DNA of 64,000 bases, from positions 1 to 64,000 of the IMG/VR virus record IMGVR_UViG_3300044641_005242; one strand, 5' to 3'. The stretch comes from an uncultured virus (IMG/VR IMGVR_UViG_3300044641_005242). Its lineage: Duplodnaviria; Heunggongvirae; Uroviricota; Caudoviricetes. The notes beneath the pieces are model-generated. The model worked only from the letters and a program-made list of their open reading frames with translations, was not told where the DNA came from and did not search any database. This document shows positions 29,107-39,018 of this stretch, one piece after another. The translations under genes were made by a program, and so were the position numbers. How positions within the stretch are numbered: the stretch's first letter is position 1; every line of letters starts with the position of its first letter.

Positions 29107-30081
29107 ATGAAAAATTCGAAAAACACCGCTAATCTGACAACCGCAACTAATTTTGATATCAAGTCATATCTCAATACTTGTATCAACCTTCGTCCATCTT
29201 CATTGATTATGGATGATGTTAAGTGGAAGTACATGGTACGTTCCGCTATTCGTGGCAAGAATATTCTACTTCTTGGCCCCACCGGATGTGGCAAGACGCT
29301 TGCTGCACAAACCATTGCTAACGTCCTAAACAAGGAAGAAAAGTTTTTCTATTTCAACCTTGGTGCTACGCAAGATGCTCGTAGTGCTTTGATTGGTAAT
29401 ACTCATTTTGATAAGAACACTGGCACATTGTTTAAGGAGTCTTCCTTTATTAAGGCTATCAAGACTCCAAATGCTGTTATTCTTCTTGATGAAATTAGCC
29501 GTGCTCACCACGATGGTGTAAATATTCTAATGACGGTTCTAGATGATCTACAACGTTATCTTCGTTTGGATGAAAAGGAAGACAACGAAGTGGTCAAGGT
29601 TGCTGATGGTGTAACATTTATTGCTACCGCAAACGTTGGTAATGAGTACACCGCTACCCGTGTTATGGATCGTGCTCTTCTATCACGTTTTCCTGTAAAG
29701 ATTGAGATGAATCCTCTTGACAAGGACACTGAGTTTAATCTACTCAAGAATCGATTCAACCTAACTGATGTAGATCAGTTGGACATTCTGAAGGCTGTTT
29801 GTGAAATTGCCGATCATACACGCAAGCAGGTCAAGCAAGAAGATAGCAAGTTGACCAACTTTATTCCAACCCGTAGCACTGTGGAAATCGCAGAATTGAT
29901 CGTGGATGGATTTAATTTACTTGAAATTGCAGAGACTACGATATATCCTAATTTTAACGACGATGGTGGCGTTGATAGTGAGCGCACTTATCTACGTCAG
30001 TTGGTGCAGAAGTATGTAAAGACCAATGCAAAGGAAACGTTGTTTGCTGATCCTCTAAAGACAGAACAACCTCCTTTTTAA
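29107..30081 (+). CDS. AAA+ ATPase (MoxR/CbbQ/NorQ/CobS-like)
   Basis: GPTGCGKT, ILLDEISRA, FIATAN, MDRALLSRF, PTR sensor II. Confidence 0.88.
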   Translation: MKNSKNTANLTTATNFDIKSYLNTCINLRPSSLIMDDVKWKYMVRSAIRGKNILLLGPTGCGKTLAAQTIANVLNKEEKFFYFNLGATQDARSALIGNTHFDKNTGTLFKESSFIKAIKTPNAVILLDEISRAHHDGVNILMTVLDDLQRYLRLDEKEDNEVVKVADGVTFIATANVGNEYTATRVMDRALLSRFPVKIEMNPLDKDTEFNLLKNRFNLTDVDQLDILKAVCEIADHTRKQVKQEDSKLTNFIPTRSTVEIAELIVDGFNLLEIAETTIYPNFNDDGGVDSERTYLRQLVQKYVKTNAKETLFADPLKTEQPPF

Positions 30082-30115
30082 TAAATAAACAACAAAATAA
30101 CAGACGACAACTAAT

Positions 30116-32230
30116 ATGAGCAATTACAGCGACTTTTGGTATAAAGACTACGATATTGAATGGGATTTCAGCGATGATTCCGATATGGTAGATGTTTCAT
30201 CCTCTGAAACAGAGTCAACCGCTGATCTCATTCGGTTGTCGTCTGCTCGTCGTGCAATTTCAAATTATGTCACTATTCTTACTGGTAAGTCTATTCCGGT
30301 GATGTTTAATGATAGTAATGTGAGTTGCACTGATGGTGAGGTTGTATATATTGGTAGTGACGTACATGAGAAGGATAACTTCGATGTTGCCGTAGGATTG
30401 GCACTACATGAAGCTAGTCACATTGTTTATAGTGACATGGAGTTGTACAAGAATATAAATGTCAATGTACCCCGTAGTATTTACAACCTCACCGAACCTT
30501 TGAATATTTCAAAGCAAGAGGTGGCAGAGTTTTGTAAGATGATTTTCAATTACATCGAAGATCGATACATCGATTATAGTATTTACAAGTCTGCTCCTGG
30601 TTATCGTGGATATTACGAATCTTTATACGATAAGTACTTCAACAATAAAGTCATTGATGATGGACTAAAGAGTCAGCTATATCGTACTACAACTCCAGAT
30701 TCATACTCATATCGTATTATCAATCTAACAAATCTTAATACTGATCTAAGAGCTTTGCCTGGATTGTATGATGTTGCTAAACTTATTGATTTGACAAACA
30801 TCTCACGTTTGGACACATCAGCTAGTCGTTACGCGTTGTCTTTTAAGATCGCTGAGATTGTTTTTTCTAATATCACAGAAGCATCTAAAAAGACAACTGA
30901 ACAATCAGTTGGATCTGGATCTGACTCTGGAGAAGGTGTTGAAGAAGAATCACAAGATGGTGATAGTAATACCACTATAGGTGGAACGGAATCATCTAAT
31001 GATACTGGAAACGCATCTAGCAGTTTGGATGATATCCTCGGAGGTGATACAACTTCTGTAAAGTCAGAATCCGATGTAACAAAAGAAATTGGAAGTGATC
31101 CAAAAGTAAGCAAGACTAAACAAGGTAAGATTGCTAAGGCTTTTTCTAAACAGAAGGATTTTCTAAATGGAAAAATTTCCAAGAAGAAAGTTACTAAGAA
31201 AGAAAAGACTTTGCTTGATGTACTAGAAAAAAGTCAGGTTGAAATTACAGATGTAGCTCAAGACTATATTCGCAACTATGGTGGCGTTGGTGCTATTGAG
31301 TGCATTGTGGTAAAGAATTTGACCCGTGAACTGATGGATTCTTCTGAATTCGTATTGAAGAAAATCAAGGGTCATGACTATTATAGTCGTACTAGTGTTG
31401 ATACCCGTGCTTTATACAACGACGATGTAGCTAACTACGTTAACTTGGGAATTGTGATGGGAGTCAAACTTGCTAAACGTATTCAGTTTCGTAATGAAGT
31501 GAATATTGATAAGTTTAGCCGTCGTCAGATTGGTAAGATTGACAAACGAATTCTTCATGAACTTGGTGCGGATGTAGAAAATATTTTTTATACTACGGCA
31601 GTACATAAGTACAAGAAAATGAACTTTCACATTACATTGGATGGCAGTTCTAGTATGGGTGGTGTTAAATGGTTAAACACAATCAAATTGTGTACCACTA
31701 TTGCTAAGGCTGCTTCTATGTTGGATAATATTAATGTATCTATTAGTATTAGATCCACATATGGCAAGAATCCTTATGTTGTAATCGCATATGATTCTCG
31801 CAAAGATAAGTTTAGTAAGATTAAAAATCTATTTCCTTATATCGTTCCATCTGGATCAACTCCTGAAGGTCTATGTTATGAGGCAATTATGAAACACATT
31901 ACGAAGTGTGATGTTGAAAGTGATAACTACTTTATCAATATTAGTGATGGAGAACCATGCTTTATGATTTCATCAACAAATGGATCATATAGCTATAGTG
32001 GTACTGCTGCTGCACAACACACTCGTAAACAGGTAAGTAAGATTACGTCTGCTGGATATAAGGTTATTTCATATTATATTACAGAATATGAAAATAATTC
32101 TTATGCTAATGTTCATCGTGATAACTTTAAAGTTATGTATGGTAAAGATAGTAATTTTATTAACTTCAATAATCTAAATCAAATCGTTTCCACTCTTAAT
32201 AAAAAGATGTTGGAAAGTGTTGACAAATAA
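30116..32230 (+). CDS. VWA-domain partner protein with N-terminal HExxH (CobT-like)
   Basis: LHEASH...EDRYID; acidic linker; MIDAS DGSSSM, TPEG, ISDGEP. Confidence 0.8.
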   Translation: MSNYSDFWYKDYDIEWDFSDDSDMVDVSSSETESTADLIRLSSARRAISNYVTILTGKSIPVMFNDSNVSCTDGEVVYIGSDVHEKDNFDVAVGLALHEASHIVYSDMELYKNINVNVPRSIYNLTEPLNISKQEVAEFCKMIFNYIEDRYIDYSIYKSAPGYRGYYESLYDKYFNNKVIDDGLKSQLYRTTTPDSYSYRIINLTNLNTDLRALPGLYDVAKLIDLTNISRLDTSASRYALSFKIAEIVFSNITEASKKTTEQSVGSGSDSGEGVEEESQDGDSNTTIGGTESSNDTGNASSSLDDILGGDTTSVKSESDVTKEIGSDPKVSKTKQGKIAKAFSKQKDFLNGKISKKKVTKKEKTLLDVLEKSQVEITDVAQDYIRNYGGVGAIECIVVKNLTRELMDSSEFVLKKIKGHDYYSRTSVDTRALYNDDVANYVNLGIVMGVKLAKRIQFRNEVNIDKFSRRQIGKIDKRILHELGADVENIFYTTAVHKYKKMNFHITLDGSSSMGGVKWLNTIKLCTTIAKAASMLDNINVSISIRSTYGKNPYVVIAYDSRKDKFSKIKNLFPYIVPSGSTPEGLCYEAIMKHITKCDVESDNYFINISDGEPCFMISSTNGSYSYSGTAAAQHTRKQVSKITSAGYKVISYYITEYENNSYANVHRDNFKVMYGKDSNFINFNNLNQIVSTLNKKMLESVDK

Positions 32231-32247
32231 TATATTTGTGTTAAACT
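32220..32247 (+). promoter_or_regulatory. Sigma70-like promoter
   Basis: TTGACA-N16-(TGT)TAAACT. Confidence 0.55.
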
Positions 32248-32287
32248 TTTATTAAATCGCAGTATAACAATAAAACAAGGATAGAAA

Positions 32288-32653
32288 ATGAAAAAGACAG
32301 ATCGTAAGAACAAGACAAACCTAGTAGTAACATGGCCAACTAACGTGTTTTCTATTGAAGAACTAAACAATGCAAATCCTGAATTCGTAAATATTACTTT
32401 GCGAGTTCGACTTAAGAAGGCCATTGATAATGGCCAGGTTGGTGAGGTAGGATATCTACACAATGGCAAGGGTCGTCCCCGTGTGGTTCTTGCTTGTACT
32501 CCAATTAATGATCAACATATTATTGAGGCAAAGAATCGTGGATGTATTATCAAGGATGGTCTAAATGTCAATGTTATCAAGATTGATAATAAAGTTGTAG
32601 AAACAACTCCAGTTGTTGTTGAGAATGTTTCAACCGATAAGGTGACTGCTTAA
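32288..32653 (+). CDS. Hypothetical protein, possible winged-helix DNA-binding
   Basis: FSIEEL...ITLRVRLKKAI..GQV...GKGRPR; AAGGA RBS. Confidence 0.6.
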   Translation: MKKTDRKNKTNLVVTWPTNVFSIEELNNANPEFVNITLRVRLKKAIDNGQVGEVGYLHNGKGRPRVVLACTPINDQHIIEAKNRGCIIKDGLNVNVIKIDNKVVETTPVVVENVSTDKVTA

Positions 32654-32896
32654 TTACTCACCTTTATGTGACCAAAGCGGACTCATTAATAAGGGTCCGC
32701 TTTTATCTTTTACATAATAAAGAATATTTGCACTCTTGGCATGTTTTTTTATATTCTTTATGATACCTTCTACCATGTTCCAACTACCGTGATATATTGG
32801 TTCATCAAATGCACTATCATAAATTGCATACTTGATACTTGATATTTCGAATATGTAGAATGTATCTTCTTTTGGATTGATCTTTTTGTACTTCAT
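32654..32896 (-). CDS. Hypothetical protein
   Basis: Fills the gap between plus-strand genes; TATTTATA on the minus strand about 12 nt upstream. Confidence 0.55.
   Translation of the reverse strand: MKYKKINPKEDTFYIFEISSIKYAIYDSAFDEPIYHGSWNMVEGIIKNIKKHAKSANILYYVKDKSGPLLMSPLWSHKGE
32674..32704 (+). terminator. Intrinsic terminator embedded in the convergent gene
   Basis: AAAGCGGAC / GTCCGCTTT stem. Confidence 0.6.
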
Positions 32897-32914
32897 GATA
32901 GGATATATATAAAT

Positions 32915-34093
32915 ATGGACGCACTACAAGAATTTTTCGGGGTTGAGGCATTTGATTATAATGTCAATAAACAGAAGTTGATTGAGAACCTAGACTTTTT
33001 GAAGTCTATGAGTGTAGAAGAACAAACCTTCTATAAGAAATGGATTGAAGTTCAAAGCCTCAATAACTATTCTTCTAGAGCAGCTCAGGCAAAAGCCAAG
33101 ATTTGGACTCCAACTGATATTCACAATGAGTCATTGACTATCAAAGAGATCCAAGAACTAAATCCTACCGTTGTACATGTAAACAATAAAGTTCTAGAGA
33201 ACGATTGGTTGATGCTTAGAACCTTTGTTCATACAATGGAGTTTGCTCAAACGCCAGGTAGATTTGTTAAGTTTCTAATTACAGATGGTAATATGGATAA
33301 CCCAAGATATTTGGGTGTCATTAGTATGTCTAGTGATGTTATTACTATTACAGACCGAGACAAATACATTGGTTGGACTCCAAATGATAAGTTAAAAAAC
33401 AAACGATTGGCTCACAGTGCTATTGGTAGTTGTATCATGAGTACCCAGCCGTTTGGATATAATTTCTTGGGTGGTAAGTTAATTGCAGCTCTAGTCACGG
33501 CAGAGACGGTCAGGAACGCATGGCAGGCTCTATATAACCAGCTTTTAGTTGGAATCACTACAACCAGCCTCTATGGCAGTTATAGTATGTATAATAGTCT
33601 AAAGTGGTGGCACAAATGTGGTACTAGTGCTGGTAAAATGTCTATTAAACCAGATGATTCAATTTACAAAGTATGGCATGATTGGATCAAGGATAATAAA
33701 TCAGAGAAATATCAGAAGGCTATGACTCAACGTGAAGGTGTAAGTGGGCCTGTAACTGGAGCAAAAGCTAGAGTTATTGGTATGATTTTCTCAGAGTTGG
33801 GTATCAAACAAAGCACATATGTACATGGATTTGAACGGGGTACATATTATGCTTGTCCATATAAGAACACCAAAGACTTTCTATGCAGTAAGATTGATGA
33901 AAGTAAGTTAATATTCAATCCATTATATACAGAAAAGGCTATTTTGGAATGGTGGAAGGCCAAAGCTATAGCCAGATATCAGACTTTGAAAGCTGAAAAT
34001 AGACTAAAGGACGATATTCTTTATTATAATCAAATGATTGGAATGGACTATCAAACTGCTAAAAATAACTATTTTAGTGAGGTGGGAAGGTAG
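32915..34093 (+). CDS. DUF4338 / Druantia DruA-like protein
   Basis: PGRFVKFL, YLGVIS..SD....RDKYIGW, QPFGYNFLGGKLIAAL, TTSLYG..SMYN motifs as recalled for DruA/DUF4338. Confidence 0.6.
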   Translation: MDALQEFFGVEAFDYNVNKQKLIENLDFLKSMSVEEQTFYKKWIEVQSLNNYSSRAAQAKAKIWTPTDIHNESLTIKEIQELNPTVVHVNNKVLENDWLMLRTFVHTMEFAQTPGRFVKFLITDGNMDNPRYLGVISMSSDVITITDRDKYIGWTPNDKLKNKRLAHSAIGSCIMSTQPFGYNFLGGKLIAALVTAETVRNAWQALYNQLLVGITTTSLYGSYSMYNSLKWWHKCGTSAGKMSIKPDDSIYKVWHDWIKDNKSEKYQKAMTQREGVSGPVTGAKARVIGMIFSELGIKQSTYVHGFERGTYYACPYKNTKDFLCSKIDESKLIFNPLYTEKAILEWWKAKAIARYQTLKAENRLKDDILYYNQMIGMDYQTAKNNYFSEVGR

Positions 34094-34118
34094 ACATTTA
34101 CTATTTATTATAGTAAAT

Positions 34119-34505
34119 ATGGCGAGTAACAACGATAATTCAAATTATACATTCTCAGATAGATTCCAAAGATTTATTCAAAAGATTGCTAATTTTGCGC
34201 AAACCGCCAGAAGTACTGCTCAGATTGATAATAGTCCTACCGATATATTTACAGGTGAACAAGGTGAGTTATTAACAAAGTATAAGAACAAAATCTTTTA
34301 TCGTAAAAATGATAGCAGTGACTTTGTTAGTTTAAGTGATGAATATGTTGACTTAACAAATCAATATGAATATATTCTATCACAAGGTGTAAACAAATAT
34401 GCTACTTGGCAAAAGACCAGTAAGAACGATGAAAAAAACTGGACCTTTACTGGTTATTTCAGTCCAGTGTGTGGTATAGATTGTTGTATTACCGGATCTG
34501 TTTAA
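34119..34505 (+). CDS. Hypothetical protein
   Basis: ATG 34119 after TATTTAT (34102). Confidence 0.55.
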   Translation: MASNNDNSNYTFSDRFQRFIQKIANFAQTARSTAQIDNSPTDIFTGEQGELLTKYKNKIFYRKNDSSDFVSLSDEYVDLTNQYEYILSQGVNKYATWQKTSKNDEKNWTFTGYFSPVCGIDCCITGSV

Positions 34506-34507
34506 GA

Positions 34508-34535
34508 TTGACAATTTATAAAATCGTGTTATATT
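34508..34535 (+). promoter_or_regulatory. Sigma70-like promoter (probably leaderless uvsE mRNA)
   Basis: TTGACA-N16-(TGT)TATATT; ATG 7 nt downstream. Confidence 0.6.
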
Positions 34536-34542
34536 GAATACA

Positions 34543-35451
34543 ATGAAAAAATCATTGTGTTGCATCTCCCTCAAACTTCAAGAACAAGGTGTTAAAGCTA
34601 ACACCATGACCAAAACTAGATTTCTTGCGTTAGAACGCAAAGAAGCGTTATCAATTGTATCTAAACGTACACTTAATAATGTAATTGTTACACGTAAAAC
34701 TATTGAGTTCTGCGGTAAAAATAATTGGAACTATCGTATTAGTAGCGATTTGTTTCCACTAGCTACACTTCCAGAAGCTAATCTTTCACTCAATGTACTT
34801 CCAGATTATAATCTTATTCTACAAGAATTCAAGATTGCATCTGATATTATCAAAAAGTACAATGTTCGGTGCAGTACACATCCCGATCAATTTGTGGTAC
34901 CTGCTAGTGGCAATCCAAGTGTATCGGCTAAATCTATTGTTGAACTAACCAACCATGCTACCATGATGGACTTGTTTGGTCTTCCACAATCATATGATGC
35001 TCCTATAAACATTCATATGAATTGTTACAAAGGTGACCTGCAAGAAATTGCAAATCGATTCATCAACGTCTACAATAATTTACCAATCAATGTAAAATCT
35101 CGGTTGGTTTTGGAAAACGAAGACAAGCCTAATAGCTGGAATGTACAACAGCTTTATGACTTTATTTACACCAAGACTGGCATTCCAATTACTTATGATA
35201 ATTTGCACCATCGTTGTAACCCAGGCAAGTTGTCTGCCAAAGATGCGGTGATGCTTGCCAAATCAACATGGCCTAATCGATCATTGTTTCATTTTAGTGA
35301 TAATGACTTGACCAACAAAAATCCACGTGCGCATGGTGATTATGTACGTGAGTTGCCAACTGAATATGTTGATCTAGATGTGGACTTTGAATTTGAGTTC
35401 AAGGCTAAGGATTATGCTTTGGAACGATTTGAAAAAGAATTTAAACTTTGA
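34543..35451 (+). CDS. uvsE: UV damage endonuclease
   Basis: YRISSDLFP, STHPDQF, NIH, RLVLENED, ITYDNLHH, HFS, AHGD, EFKAKD. Confidence 0.9.
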   Translation: MKKSLCCISLKLQEQGVKANTMTKTRFLALERKEALSIVSKRTLNNVIVTRKTIEFCGKNNWNYRISSDLFPLATLPEANLSLNVLPDYNLILQEFKIASDIIKKYNVRCSTHPDQFVVPASGNPSVSAKSIVELTNHATMMDLFGLPQSYDAPINIHMNCYKGDLQEIANRFINVYNNLPINVKSRLVLENEDKPNSWNVQQLYDFIYTKTGIPITYDNLHHRCNPGKLSAKDAVMLAKSTWPNRSLFHFSDNDLTNKNPRAHGDYVRELPTEYVDLDVDFEFEFKAKDYALERFEKEFKL

Positions 35452-35463
35452 TTGAAAAAGTTG

Positions 35464-35492
35464 TTGACGAAACAGAAACAATAGTGTAAAGT
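35464..35492 (+). promoter_or_regulatory. Sigma70-like promoter
   Basis: TTGACG-N17-TAAAGT followed by an A-rich leader. Confidence 0.6.
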
Positions 35493-35560
35493 AATTTCAA
35501 GTTGGTGATGAACTAACGAAACGAAAAAATAAACAAATAAAAAAGAAAGAAAAACATAAT

Positions 35561-35815
35561 ATGTATACTCGTACAAACGCTCGTAATAAGACTAACTTCG
35601 TAGGCCACAACTCCACTGGTGTTGAACTATATCTCTCAACCCCAATGCCAAAGGCTAAGAAGGCTGCTCGTCTAACCATTCGCTCTGGTAAGACCCGTGT
35701 TGATCTAGATGGTCGTCAGATTAAGGCTCTACGTGAAGTCTTGAATGCTGGTTACACCCCTACTTCTACCGCCTCTGCTAAGTCTGTTACTTCCGCTAAG
35801 ACCGCTACCAAGTAA
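35561..35815 (+). CDS. Small basic protein with SAK/TAK tail
   Basis: Lys/Arg-rich; strongly biased codons (gct, aag, cgt); tail TASAKSVTSAKTATK. Confidence 0.7.
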   Translation: MYTRTNARNKTNFVGHNSTGVELYLSTPMPKAKKAARLTIRSGKTRVDLDGRQIKALREVLNAGYTPTSTASAKSVTSAKTATK

Positions 35816-36075
35816 TGAACCAAACAACATCTAACGATGTTATTATGTGGTTGCTACTAATGGTGGCAACCACATTTTCTATTGCATCGATTGTTATCAC
35901 ATACAAACTAGTACAAAGGTTTGATGACTTGCAAACCAATATGGTTGAGATATTGGAGATTCTTTCGGCTGAACGAATCAAGATGGTAAAAGATCTTGAG
36001 GAATTAAAACGTAGGGTTAGAATTCATAGTAATGAAATCAAAAAAGAAAACAGCGGAAGAAACAATAAAGGTTAA
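35815..36075 (+). CDS. Small membrane protein with coiled coil
   Basis: One hydrophobic N-terminal segment followed by a heptad-like helix. Confidence 0.55.
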   Translation: MNQTTSNDVIMWLLLMVATTFSIASIVITYKLVQRFDDLQTNMVEILEILSAERIKMVKDLEELKRRVRIHSNEIKKENSGRNNKG

Positions 36076-36508
36076 AGGTTTGTTTGATCATGTAAAACAT
36101 ATTCGACAAACACAAGATCCTGATTATTATGACTCATTGAGTGAATCTGACAGAAAGACATTTAGTAAGTACATGATTTTACGTGTACTTAGTATGGACA
36201 AAACAATTATTGAGGAAATCTCATATGTATCAAAATACTTTGAGGTATTGCCTGAAAAACAATTCTATAAACTCTTAATTAACGCTTTACCAAAGAGTTA
36301 TGGATTTAGTCCATATATCAAGAGTAGCAAGAAGTTAGTTAATGAAACAATACTTAATTGTCTTTGCTCATATTTTAATGTGGGAACTAAGGATGCTACA
36401 GATTATTACAACATACTTATTTCACACGAAGAAGGTTTAACCAAATTGATTGAGTTGATCAAATCACATGGTTATTCTGAAAAAGAAACGGAAAAGTTAT
36501 TTGAATAA
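36032..36508 (+). CDS. Clamp loader small subunit-like (T4 gp62-like)
   Basis: FSKYMILRVLSM, QFYKLLINALPK...YIK, YFNVG resemble gp62. Confidence 0.55.
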   Translation: MKSKKKTAEETIKVKGLFDHVKHIRQTQDPDYYDSLSESDRKTFSKYMILRVLSMDKTIIEEISYVSKYFEVLPEKQFYKLLINALPKSYGFSPYIKSSKKLVNETILNCLCSYFNVGTKDATDYYNILISHEEGLTKLIELIKSHGYSEKETEKLFE

Positions 36509-36509
36509 T

Positions 36510-37157
36510 ATGAAATTAATTGGCATATCAGGAGTTGCTCGTAGTGGTAAAGATTTATTTACAACCGTAGCACAAGAAGTATTAAAACAACATGGTCTCA
36601 AAACAGAGAGGTTTGCTTTGGCTTATGAACTCAAAAGCGATCTCAAAGATTTGATTCATGCAAAAACTGGTATTGATGTATTTACAGAAAATACCGAAGA
36701 GAAAAACATTATCAGACCACTATTGGTTGCCTATGGCGATGTAATGCGTAAAATTACTGAGGGTAAATATTGGACTCAAAAGGTTGAACAACGTCTTGGC
36801 AAATCAAATGTAGATGTGGTATTTATCACTGATATACGATACGATCACTATATTGAAGATGAATGTGCTTGGCTTCAAAACAAACAAGGTGGTAAGTTGA
36901 TTCATGTAACCAAGTATGTAATGTCTCCTATGCCTCAAGGCAAGAGATTTAGCAAAAATAAACAAACCAAGGTTTATCAAACTGCACCAAATGAACATGA
37001 GCTAATTAACGATCCAAAGGTTAGAAAGCGTGCTGATCTAAAGATTGAATGGGAAGATGTGTCAAATCAAGGTGGGGATATTACAAAGAATGCAACTATT
37101 GTAAAAATCGTAACCGATGCTTTGATTGAAATCAAAGTGTTAAACAATTTATCTTAA
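36510..37157 (+). CDS. Deoxynucleoside monophosphate kinase
   Basis: IGISGVARSGKD P-loop, RPLLVAYG..MR, ITDIRY..E. Confidence 0.8.
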   Translation: MKLIGISGVARSGKDLFTTVAQEVLKQHGLKTERFALAYELKSDLKDLIHAKTGIDVFTENTEEKNIIRPLLVAYGDVMRKITEGKYWTQKVEQRLGKSNVDVVFITDIRYDHYIEDECAWLQNKQGGKLIHVTKYVMSPMPQGKRFSKNKQTKVYQTAPNEHELINDPKVRKRADLKIEWEDVSNQGGDITKNATIVKIVTDALIEIKVLNNLS

Positions 37158-37430
37158 CTTTATACGCTTGATTTCATGATGAGAGTTATGATTGAAGACA
37201 ATATACTCATCGGTAGTCATGGTTCTAAATAGATTGATATAAGCGTCTGATTGTGTCTTGATGAATGTAATGTACAACACATTACATTCTTCTGATTTAT
37301 TAGCCTTTTGTTGTTTCTTACAACTACAGATGTTATTTAACAAAGTAATACAATTAGATAATTGACCTTCTATTGGAAGATTTTTACCTTTGATAGAATT
37401 GAAAAATTGCTGATAGCTACTAATCGTCAT
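37149..37430 (-). CDS. Hypothetical protein
   Basis: Last gene of the minus-strand operon; overlaps the upstream gene stop. Confidence 0.55.
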   Translation of the reverse strand: MTISSYQQFFNSIKGKNLPIEGQLSNCITLLNNICSCKKQQKANKSEECNVLYITFIKTQSDAYINLFRTMTTDEYIVFNHNSHHEIKRIKLR

Positions 37431-37804
37431 AACAACTTCTTAATAATTAAATAAATAGTTAAACTAGATATATAATTAATAGGAAATATCAACAAACCAT
37501 ATATTTGACTATAACCAACACTATATACTAACAGATTAGATGTTATTAGTGTTGACCAAAAGCATAAACAAATTGGACAAGATACTAATTTAGTAAAGTA
37601 ACCCGGATATATACTATGTAGAAAATCTGGATAATTAGACATCACATCAACTTCCATTTTGTATTTATAAAACTCGTTTATCTTCAACAAGTTTCGTGTA
37701 TTGGTTAGATTTGCAATGGTTTGGACAATATCACTTTCAAACCACACCACCATTATAAATGATATCCAGAAGATTAAGGGAATATTAAAATCTGTTAAGT
37801 TCAT
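37427..37804 (-). CDS. Small membrane protein with CxxCxxFW motif
   Basis: Hydrophobic segments; KLVSCPICLCFW. Confidence 0.6.
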   Translation of the reverse strand: MNLTDFNIPLIFWISFIMVVWFESDIVQTIANLTNTRNLLKINEFYKYKMEVDVMSNYPDFLHSIYPGYFTKLVSCPICLCFWSTLITSNLLVYSVGYSQIYGLLIFPINYISSLTIYLIIKKLL

Positions 37805-39018
37805 AGTGTTTGTTTAATTAATAGTTTCTTTTTATACCAATCATTGTTTGTATCGATCAGATTATTTTTATAATCAATCAATTTATTAACTTTGATCTTG
37901 AAAATATCATATTCCATGATACCAATCTGACCACTATCTTCCAACATTAATTGGATCATATTGAAAAACTCAAAAGATTTATTGGTCAACTTTGTAGCAT
38001 CAAACTCAACTAATACATCGTTTGTACGTTGATCCTCTAGACTTTTTAGTTTCTTTGAAATGTCAATGCGTGTATTTTTTTGTTCTACGTTCATATAACG
38101 TTCATATGGTGCATCAGAATAGATGGTATCACACCAAGGTTCTAATAGAAGCAGTTTATATTCATCAATATTCATGACTACAAAACCAACGTCATATCTA
38201 TTTGGAACGATTGGTTTCATTGTATCATTGTGCTTTACAAAGTGACCCCATTTACGAATAAAGTTTCTGGCACTCTTGACGTTTTGATTTTGCCACTCTT
38301 CACTATCCTTTCCGATTGAAGTAATGGTTGGATTGAATCTACTACCTCTACAAGTTAAGTGATAGACACAAGCTTCCCATAGTTGGATAAACTTGTATCC
38401 ACTCAATAAAAATCTATTGAATATATCGCTGTCTTCTTTGGAGGTTGGTGCAAACAACAAATCATGTCCACCTATCTTATTAAAGTCTTCCTTATAAATT
38501 GCCCATGGAGCAAACACACCTTCTGTAACCTTTTCTTTGCGAGATAATTTTGTGTCAACCATCCACTTGTCAAACGCTTGTTTTTTAAAGTTCTCTGGTT
38601 CCATACCAAAGTCTTGAACGATCTTTTCTGGTCCACCGGGATGAAGTGGTGGTTCTATACGAGTCAAACATACAACGGTCTGTGGTTTGAGATGTTTTTC
38701 AATTAATAGATCTGCGTTCTTTGAAATATACATGTCGGCGTGATAAATCATAACAACATCGTTGGTAGCCACATCTTGGACTAATGTGTTATATAGTTCG
38801 GTCATACCCTTTCTAGCTGGTCCATCATTACGGATGGCTCTGAAACATGGATCTGATTTAATCATTTCTTGACACCAATCCCATGTTCCGTCACTACTAG
38901 CGTCATCTGCAACGCATACTTCGTGTTCTTTGTGACTTAAATTTGAACGTAGTGATTCGTAACACCACTTCAAGTATTTTAGATTGTTTCTTGCGGGTAT
39001 AACCAGACTAATATTCAT
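37801..39018 (-). CDS. Glycosyltransferase family 2
   Basis: ISLVIPARN, VADDASSDGT, YHADM, EDSD, VYHL. Confidence 0.88.
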   Translation of the reverse strand: MNISLVIPARNNLKYLKWCYESLRSNLSHKEHEVCVADDASSDGTWDWCQEMIKSDPCFRAIRNDGPARKGMTELYNTLVQDVATNDVVMIYHADMYISKNADLLIEKHLKPQTVVCLTRIEPPLHPGGPEKIVQDFGMEPENFKKQAFDKWMVDTKLSRKEKVTEGVFAPWAIYKEDFNKIGGHDLLFAPTSKEDSDIFNRFLLSGYKFIQLWEACVYHLTCRGSRFNPTITSIGKDSEEWQNQNVKSARNFIRKWGHFVKHNDTMKPIVPNRYDVGFVVMNIDEYKLLLLEPWCDTIYSDAPYERYMNVEQKNTRIDISKKLKSLEDQRTNDVLVEFDATKLTNKSFEFFNMIQLMLEDSGQIGIMEYDIFKIKVNKLIDYKNNLIDTNNDWYKKKLLIKQTL

